The notes beneath the pieces were generated by a model. That model had not been told where the DNA came from, ran no database searches, and saw only the letters and a program-made list of their open reading frames with translations. A program made the position numbers and the translations under genes. A stretch of 64,000 nt of DNA, from NCBI GenBank assembly GCA_963675745.2, contig CAXXWX010000013.1:32001-96000 (forward strand), given 5' to 3'. How positions within the stretch are numbered: the first letter of the stretch is position 1; each line of letters starts with the position of its first letter. The stretch is from Phycisphaerae bacterium (GTDB lineage Bacteria > Planctomycetota > Phycisphaerae > UBA1845 > Fen-1342). This document shows, piece after piece, positions 56,519 through 64,000 of the stretch.

Positions 56519-57292
56519 ATGTTGACGCAAAGGATTCGAGGGGCCGTTGCGCTTGTGGCGCTGGCAGCGCTGATCGCGCCAGTTGCTACCGCAGACTACG
56601 GCGACCTGATCGACCCATGTGTGCTGACAATCGAAGCCAACACACTGGGTAAGGCACCAGCGTGCGGCATGGTGCAGATCATGCAGGATGATGGTACCTG
56701 GGAAGGCAATATCTTCACCGCCTACATCACCGATGCGTTGCCGATCTGCGATCCGAACGACAACGTGATTGGCGAGTTTGGTGGCGGTGCCACGGTCGTT
56801 TCGTATGTGTTGCCCGAGCCGGGCTCGCGTGCAAACCCGCAGGTTAACCTGGGCTTTGCGATGGTTGCCGGTTCTGACGTAACGCACTTCTCGGTCACGT
56901 CGGCGGCGGTGCCGGCCGGCGTCACCAATCCCGACGGCAAGGCCAGCGTTGGTATCACCGTTCAGGACTTCTTCGACGCCGAAGGCGCCACCCTGACCGG
57001 CGCCAACCCCAACGGGTACGTCTACACGTCGCTGTACAACACGGCGAGCGCGCAGTTTGAGGAGCAGGTCCTGGGCCTGAGCGCCGACCCCTGGGGCGGT
57101 TCCAACGACATTAACGCTGATACGGGATGGCTGCCGATTGCCGGGACCGTCACCAACATCAGCAGCAAGATCGAGTTCACGTTGACGGCCTTTGATCTGG
57201 CGAATGGAACTTCGAGTTTCCAGGTTACGCCCGAGCCGGGCACGCTGCTTTTGCTGGTGTTGGGCGCGGCGGTGATTCGCCGGCGGTTCTAG
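56519..57292 (+). CDS. PEP-CTERM sorting domain protein
   Basis: RBS AGGAGG, signal peptide, C-terminal TPEPGTLLLLVLGAAVIRRRF. Confidence 0.92.
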   Translation: MLTQRIRGAVALVALAALIAPVATADYGDLIDPCVLTIEANTLGKAPACGMVQIMQDDGTWEGNIFTAYITDALPICDPNDNVIGEFGGGATVVSYVLPEPGSRANPQVNLGFAMVAGSDVTHFSVTSAAVPAGVTNPDGKASVGITVQDFFDAEGATLTGANPNGYVYTSLYNTASAQFEEQVLGLSADPWGGSNDINADTGWLPIAGTVTNISSKIEFTLTAFDLANGTSSFQVTPEPGTLLLLVLGAAVIRRRF

Positions 57293-57392
57293 GAGAGGGC
57301 CGCGCTTTTGCCTGCCTGCGATTGGCTTGATGGTTGGGCCGGTGGCGGAATCTGCTGTGCGGGCGAGCAGGCACATGAGGAGGAGTCAAGTG

Positions 57393-58166
57393 ATGACAGT
57401 GAGAAGCTTCGCCTGCGTTGTACTGGTGCTCGCCGCGACTACCGCGGCGCAGGCCGCGATCTCAACCGAGATCCTTCGTATCGAGGCTACCAACAGCCTG
57501 GGGACGGCGGAACTGGTCGTACCGGCCACGGCACTCTCTCCGATCACAGGCGTGTCCGGCGGCTGGACATGGACACAGAGCGGCGCAGTCGATCTGGTGG
57601 AGCAATTCAATCCGGCCAACATCGTCGCCACGCTCAACAGCGCCACCGTCACAGTTGTTGACGATCCGTTCAACGTGCCGCGAGTCATGGTCAACTTCGA
57701 AGTGCGCGCGATGGATTTCGATGTGACCTTTGTGGTCAAGTCGGCGCAGGTCAGTTTTCCTGCCATGTTGGCAGCGGAGACCATGGGCCGCTCGACGGCC
57801 GGCTACACGCTGACCGACTATGACGACGGCGTCGACGCGGTCATGGAGTCGATGGACCCGCCGAACCTGCTGGGCATGATGTCGTCTTACTACAACGGTG
57901 ATGACGCCAGCGGTACGCAGCACGCCGACCTGATAACCGGTCTGGCGGTTGACAACGGTGGCACGGTCACAGCGTCTGGTGCTGAACCGACGGTGGGAGT
58001 GTGGGATCCGCTTGGCGAGAGTGTCTCGTCCATCTACGTGCATAGCGAGTTTACGCTGACAGCGCTCGATCTTGGCAGTGGCAACACGGCCATGTTTGTG
58101 ATGCCCGAGCCCGGCACATTCATCGCGTTCGGCCTGGCTGCGTTCGGGTTGCTGAGAAGGCGATAA
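57393..58166 (+). CDS. PEP-CTERM sorting domain protein (paralog of the upstream gene)
   Basis: RBS GAGGAGG, signal peptide, shared 'IEA.N.LG' and 'EFTLTA.DL..G', C-terminal MPEPGTFIAFGLAAFGLLRRR. Confidence 0.92.
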   Translation: MTVRSFACVVLVLAATTAAQAAISTEILRIEATNSLGTAELVVPATALSPITGVSGGWTWTQSGAVDLVEQFNPANIVATLNSATVTVVDDPFNVPRVMVNFEVRAMDFDVTFVVKSAQVSFPAMLAAETMGRSTAGYTLTDYDDGVDAVMESMDPPNLLGMMSSYYNGDDASGTQHADLITGLAVDNGGTVTASGAEPTVGVWDPLGESVSSIYVHSEFTLTALDLGSGNTAMFVMPEPGTFIAFGLAAFGLLRRR

Positions 58167-58230
58167 AACGCTGGCATTCTGGGACAGCCCATGTTCCTGG
58201 CCGGCGCAAATAGCTACCCATGAGTTTCAC

Positions 58231-58270
58231 ACTGGGGGGGGTGAATGCAACGTGTTCACCCCCCCCGGTT
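58231..58270 (+). terminator. G8/C8 stem-loop after the PEP-CTERM pair
   Basis: GGGGGGGGTGAA...TTCACCCCCCCC followed by a T-rich run. Confidence 0.55.
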
Positions 58271-58439
58271 CTAATTAAGTTTGCATCGTGCGCACGACTG
58301 CAGAGCGGTGGTGTGATTCGGTGCGGTGTCGGGAACCTGTGGACAGTGCTTCGGGGAGAGGAGTGTTCCGGGGAATTGTCGGTTCCATACCAGTGTCGGC
58401 AGTAGCTTGCTTCGCTAGCGTAGCTAGCAGGGAGTTGCC

Positions 58440-60300
58440 ATGGCAGCGGGCAAGGTGCGCTTGAACTTTGTCGCCTGGGCGGCGGTCTTGGTTGTTACGG
58501 GGAGTGGGGGAGGCAACGCAGAAGCACAGACGCGCGCAAACACCAGCAGTAGCTCCGGTGACCAGTTCGCGGGGTTGCAGGATGTTGCGCCATCGTCACC
58601 CGTGGCGACGGGGCTGCTCAACGCGCTGCCCACGGTGATCAACGTAGCGTTGTTTGAGGACAACATCTACACCGCCTCAATCAGTGATGTGCTTGTCGCG
58701 GACCTTGACGCGGACGGTTGGAACGACATCGCTGTGGCATGGTACGCATCGGATGCCAGTGACATCAGCAACAACCAACGCGTCCTGACGTTGTTCCACA
58801 ACGTCGACGGGACGGAATTTCAGCCGACGCACATCAACCTCTATATCCCGAATTACGACTTTGTGTCGTTGTCGGTCTTTCGTATTGCCACCGGAATGAT
58901 CGGCCAAGGTGACTTCGACGGTGATGGCGATTGCGATTTGGCCGTTACGCCGGTCGGCGGCGATGAGCTGTGGTTCATCGAGAATCTGGGGGGGTGGCAG
59001 TTCACTTCCCACTTGAAGCTGCCGTTCGGGATAAATTCGTCTGGCAATTTGATTACTCCACAACGGCTGCTCTCCGCTGACTTTGACCATGATGGCCGTG
59101 ACGATCTGGTCTATATAGTGGACCCATCGCTGTATCTGGACGGACTGCGGCTGCACTCCTGGAAGACCTTCGACACGATCGCCAACATGCAGCGCATGTA
59201 CTGGGAGGGGTTGGGCGGTGAGCTTGCCCACGCGCGAGACGCGCGCACTGATGATCGATGATTTCGATGACGACGGCACGATGGATCTGTGCTTCACCGG
59301 TTCGTTTGAGCCGGAGCAATCGCCCGATCCGGTGCTCACCTTCTGGCACAGTTTTGACCCTGGCAGCGGGTTCTTCGCCGTACACAACGAATACCCAACA
59401 CTGCTCTATTCGGACTTGGCCGCGATACGGCCGACCGACGGCAGTCCTGCGGGGTTCTTGGGGACCGACAACAATGGACAGCTCGTCGAGTACTGGCAGC
59501 GCGTGGGCACCGGCGACCTGGATTTCGAACTGCATGCGGGAATCAGCGGATATGCCGGCCTCTCGTTCCAGCGCGGCATGGCCATCACAGCCTGCGATCT
59601 GGACGGCGACGGGGATACCGACTTTGTCACCAAGCAGAAACAAGGTTCTATCGAGGCGGATAACCAGGTCGAGCTGACTTACTACGCGGGCCCGGTCTGG
59701 CAGCGGCCTGTGGGCGTTGTCCCTGATTCGACCGGGTTTCGTGATAATCCGGGGGCTGGAGTTTTGCGGTCGCGCAATCTGGCCGTGGCGGATCTGATGG
59801 GCAACCGGCTGCCGGAAATCATCGGCGGGTTCTTTTTCAACGAGCTTTCATCAGGCGATACCACGCGCGGAGTCACGGCGACTCTTGACTTCGCGATCTG
59901 GCAGAACAGCAGCCTCGGCGACGTCAATCTGGACGGCCGGACCGATGGCCAAGACATCGACTATCTGTCGCATCGACTATTCAAATGCGCCGGGGACACT
60001 GGGTTTGAGCCACACTGCGATCTTGATCGGGATGGTTGCACTGGTATGTCGGACCTTGGCTTGGTGCTCAGCGACTTCGGCGCCAACTGCGCTGAGTGCG
60101 ACGGACTGACGCCGGGCGACATGAATTGCGATGGGCTGCGAAACAACGGGGATTTCGACGGCTTCCTGGCGGCACTGTACGGACGCGCCATCTATGAAGC
60201 GAACTACCCCGGCTGCAAGTGGCTCAACGCGGATATGAACGGTGATATGACCGTCGACAACACCGACATCGACCCGTTCATTGTCGTGATGCTGCGCTAA
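58440..60300 (+). pseudogene. Secreted FG-GAP/VCBS-repeat protein with two dockerin-like domains, split by a +1 frameshift near 59210 (real or sequencing error)
   Basis: DLDADGWND, DFDGDGDCD, DFDHDGRDD, DFDDDGTMD and DLDGDGDTD repeats continue across ORFs 58440..59261 and 59218..60300; one extra G in GAGGGGTTGGGCG. Confidence 0.82.
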
Positions 60301-60352
60301 GCACGCACTTCCAGACAGAGCGTCGTGGTACTATCACCGTAAATGTGTAACG

Positions 60353-60383
60353 CGTAACGGCCTGCGCCTCGCAGGCCGCCGGC
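60353..60383 (+). repeat. GTAA-type REP hairpin (plus a GTAG-type unit at ~60407-60433, minus strand)
   Basis: Identical to the reverse complement of 34187-34217; lies between convergent genes. Confidence 0.75.
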
Positions 60384-60517
60384 CTGAGGAAGCGCATTAG
60401 TACAGCGCCGGCTGGCGAGGCGCCGGCCGCTACATTGCTGTCCACCGCAGGACGCCAAGCACAAACCTGTCACCGCCCACCACCACCCGCCAGCCGCGCA
60501 TTGGCAGCCTGCCTGGC

Positions 60518-61174
60518 CTACTCCACCAGCACGCCGGTTGCCCACGTGCTCGGATCTGCGTTCCATCCCAAGTCGTCGGTGACCGTCAGGTGCTGCGCGC
60601 CGTGGTGCAGGTCGTTGATCTTGTAAAAAAGCCCGATGCGCGGATGCTCCGCCGCGTTCCATCCGTTGAGACACTCCGCTGGTATCAGCACCTCGACCGT
60701 ATAGCGTCTCTTCTGCAGTGCGACGGCGACCCGTACTTTCGAAGTGTCCACGGCCGGCGGCGGCTCCTTGGCGCGGCTCATGCGGTGAAGACCGACGACT
60801 GGTGCCTTGGCGTCGCGTCCACCCCCGGTCGGCAACACGTAAAAGAAATGGCAGAAGCGCGTGGCCCGTTTGGCATCGCGCGTGTCGCGCGTGTCTATGC
60901 ACAGGCGCAGTCCGTCCTGCTTCCACCAATGGGCCGGATCGCTCTTCAAAACGCCGGGGCGCTGCGGAACATCGCAGGCAAAATACATGTGTTCCGCATT
61001 CCACGCGGCGTATGCGTCTGCAAACGGCGCTTCACCTTCAAGCTCGACCAACGGCGGCAGCAGATATTGGTGATGCCACTGGCGCAGATGCCCGTCCATC
61101 GGTGGTGTCCGAGCCAGATGATGGATCGCCAGTTCGAACCGGAAGAACGCTCGCAGCGGCAGCGGATCAAGCAT
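60518..61174 (-). CDS. DOMON/CBM9-like beta-sandwich protein; probably a separate gene although in frame with uvrA as sequenced
   Basis: Own RBS-like AAGGGG and ATG 61174; 'DGHL..W', 'AAWN...YF', 'DGLRLCIDTRD', 'YTVEVLIP'. Confidence 0.65.
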   Translation of the reverse strand: MLDPLPLRAFFRFELAIHHLARTPPMDGHLRQWHHQYLLPPLVELEGEAPFADAYAAWNAEHMYFACDVPQRPGVLKSDPAHWWKQDGLRLCIDTRDTRDAKRATRFCHFFYVLPTGGGRDAKAPVVGLHRMSRAKEPPPAVDTSKVRVAVALQKRRYTVEVLIPAECLNGWNAAEHPRIGLFYKINDLHHGAQHLTVTDDLGWNADPSTWATGVLVE

Positions 61175-61188
61175 CTGACTATTCCCCT

Positions 61189-64000
61189 TCACACGGCGCC
61201 TGCCGCGCCCCCTGCGCTTGGGCTTGGGTTTTGCGGCGCACGCCTCGGCTTTGAGCACCGTCGTGAAGTAGGCCTGCGCGGCGTCACGAATGAACTTGCG
61301 AAAACCGCGCGTGTCGATTTCAGCCTTGTCGTGAACGTAGACGACCACGGAGTCCCATGCGGCCTTGCGCGGGCGAACCGCCACGCGGGGCCAGTTGCCA
61401 TACGTTGCCAGGTCATCGCGCTGGTCAAGTGTTTTGAGTCCGATCTGTCGATCCAGCCGTTGGCTGTCAAAGAGCCCCTTGGGCACGCGGAAGTAAAGCT
61501 CACTGAGCCATTCGCCGCCGGTTAGTGCGTGCAAGAACCACGTAGTCGCGCCTTCAGCGGTGAACTCCACATTAGCCTGGTTGTTCCAATTGGTGGGGGC
61601 GAAATCGCCCGCGGCCTGGACAAGCTCTTCGACAAACTCCAACGCGGCCGGCTCCCAGTGGCGCCGCTTCGCGTTGCGGCTCTCACGCTGCGCGAGATGC
61701 CACTTGCGTCCATCCACTTGCCAGGGCAGACTGGTTCCCACGCCGATCTTGCCCAGGCCGGCCTTCTGGACCTCGAGTTCCTTGGCGGCATGCGCGGCGG
61801 GGTCGTAGCGCTGGCGCGGCTCGTGCGGTCCCGCTGCCAGAACAGGCCCCAGCGCGGCGGCCGTGTGCGATTCCGCCGCCTCGTCACCGCGCGCGTTGAG
61901 TGCCGCGGCATTGCGCAAAGCGGCGCCGCTGACCAGTTCTTCTGGCGTTCCGATCGCCACCAGCTCACCGCCCCCCGCGCCGGCCTCCGGTCCGAGATCG
62001 ATTATCCAGTCGGCCGACTTCATCACGTCCAGGTTGTGCTCGACGACAATCGCCGTGTTGCCCAGATCCACGAGTCGGTGAACAACGTCGAGCAGCTTGC
62101 GCACGTCATCGAAGTGCAGCCCTGTCGTCGGTTCGTCGAGGATATACAGAGTCTGTCCAGTGTTCGGCTTGCCGAGTTCGGCGGCGAGCTTGACGCGCTG
62201 GGCCTCACCACCCGACAAGGTTGGCGCCGGCTGACCCAACGCCACGTAGTCCAGCCCGACATCGACGAGCGTTTGCAGCATCCGCCTGACCTTGGGCACA
62301 TTTGAGAAGTGGTCGAGCGCCTCGGCCACGCTCATCTCGAGCACGTCCGCTATGTTCTTGCCCTTGTACCGGACCTCCAACGTCTCCGGGTTGTACCGTC
62401 TCCCGCCGCAGGTCTCGCATTCGACCCACACATCGGGCATGAAGTGCATTTCGATGCACCTCTGCCCGTAGCCCTGGCACGCCTCGCAGCGCCCGCCGGG
62501 GCGATTGAAGCTAAAGCGGTTGGCGTTATAGCCGCGAATCTTGCTGTCCGGCAGTCGCGCAAAGAGGTTACGCACCCAATCGAATGCGCCGGTGTAGGTG
62601 GCGGGGTTGCTGGATGGTGTGCTGCCAATCGGTGATTGATCTACGTTGATGACCTTGTCGAGCAATTGGATTTCGTCGATTGCGTCGTGTTCACCGGCCG
62701 TCAGGCTGGCGTTGTTTAACTCATTGGCAAGCCGCGGCCAGAGGATGTCATTCACCAGCGAGCTCTTGCCCGAGCCGGAGACGCCGGTGACACAGGTGAA
62801 GCGCCCGAGCGGAATCGGGATGGTTAGGTCGGCCAGATTGTGCTGTCGTGCGCCGCGTACGACAAGCCAGCCGGCCAGTTCGCCAGGCTGATTTGCCTTC
62901 GGGGGCGCTGCCTGCCTGCGGTGCTTGGATTTTGCGCGCGCCCGCTTGGGTGGGCTCGCGGCGTGCGTGTCGCGCCACATGCCGGTCGGGCGCCGGTTAC
63001 TTGGCACCGGAATCGCCGATTTGCCGCCGAGATATTCGCGTGTCAGAGAGCGTCGTGAGTCGTCAGCCCCACGCGCGCGCCCTTTCCGCGAAATCTCTGT
63101 CGGTGTCCCGGCGGCCACAATCTCTCCACCGGCGGCGCCCGCGCGCGGCCCGAAATCGAGCAGGCCGTCGGCACTATTGATCACGTCTCGATCATGCTCG
63201 ACCAGCAGCAGCGTGTTCCCCAGGCGTCGCAGCTTCTTCAGGGCGTTGACCAGCCGTCGCGTATCGCGCGGGTGCAATCCGATCGTGGGTTCGTCCAAAA
63301 CGTACAGCACGCCGGACAAGCCGCTGCCGATCTGGCTGGCCAGCCGAATGCGCTGCGCCTCACCGCCGGATAGCGTGGGCGCCGCGCGGTGCAGCGTCAG
63401 GTATTCGAGCCCCACGTCATTCAGGAATTGCAGGCGGTCGCGAATCTCCTTGAGCACTTCGCCGGCGATGCGTCGTTGACGACCGTCGAGACGCAGATGG
63501 CCAAAGAACGCGGCGCAGGTCTCCAACGGCATGTCGCAAACCTGCACGATGGTCTTGCCGCCCAATCGTGCGGCGGCCGCATCTGGGCGCAGACGACCGC
63601 CGTGGCACGTGATGCAGGGGATGTCGGTGACCACATTGCGCAGCTTGTAGCGAAACACCCAGCTATTGCGCGTGGCGTTGTCGATAGCGGGATAGAAGCC
63701 GCGCCAGTGGAAACGCATGCCCTGAAACGCGCCGGCGCCGTCGATCCACTCACCACTGGTTCCGAACAACAAGGCGCGGCGTTGCGCGTTATCCCACTCG
63801 CCGAGCGGAGTGCGGCTGTCGACATTCAGATGTGCGCACAAAGCCGTGAGCATGCGCCCCAGTGGCGAGCGCCGGTCAATGTGCCTCCAACCGGCGATCG
63901 CCCCATCGAACAGCGTTTTCCGCGGGTGCTTGATGATCGCGCCGGCCGGCGCACCGCGTTGCACGCCCAGGCCCTCGCAGGTGTCGCACCACCCGAGCTG
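61189..64000 (-). CDS. uvrA: Excinuclease ABC subunit A, 5' part beyond the window
   Basis: '[17 protein letters not shown]', 'LDEPTIGLH', '[10 protein letters not shown]', Zn finger 'CEACQG..CETCGG', '[12 protein letters not shown]'. The 3' end is ambiguous (61189 or 60518). Confidence 0.95.

Overview
High-GC bacterial chromosomal segment. It is most likely a planctomycete of class Phycisphaerae. This is inferred from DUF1571- and BatA/VWA-type genes, a CxxCGYDLxG...CPECG zinc-ribbon membrane protein, C-terminal dockerin-like domains and PEP-CTERM proteins. The window holds about 50 genes. Housekeeping genes include tyrS, purB, miaB, an EF-G paralog, a phosphomannomutase, an RlmI-like methyltransferase and a partial uvrA. 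There is a molybdenum-cofactor cluster (moaA, a MOT1-type transporter, moeA, moaC, MOSC-MogA), a cheW-cheD-HDOD mini-operon, several secreted hydrolases, and a surface-protein locus with cohesin, dockerin, FG-GAP and PEP-CTERM domains. I found no rRNA, tRNA, CRISPR array or intact mobile element. The most unusual items are: (1) a small lipoprotein whose tail is almost entirely Tyr/Asp pentapeptide repeats; (2) an ~0.9 kb cassette bracketed by two diverged copies of a gene's last 102 bp, with a REP-like hairpin exactly at the junction; (3) an adjacent V4R/histidine-kinase islet whose response regulator is cut by a decayed IS21 transposase fragment; (4) three REP-like hairpin families and five heptamer arrays, two of which appear to be read in frame inside genes; (5) a candidate antisense-type small RNA. 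Three apparent single-G insertions (cheD, the FG-GAP gene and the uvrA 3' end) may be sequencing errors. All product calls come from motif recognition by eye; no database searches were run.
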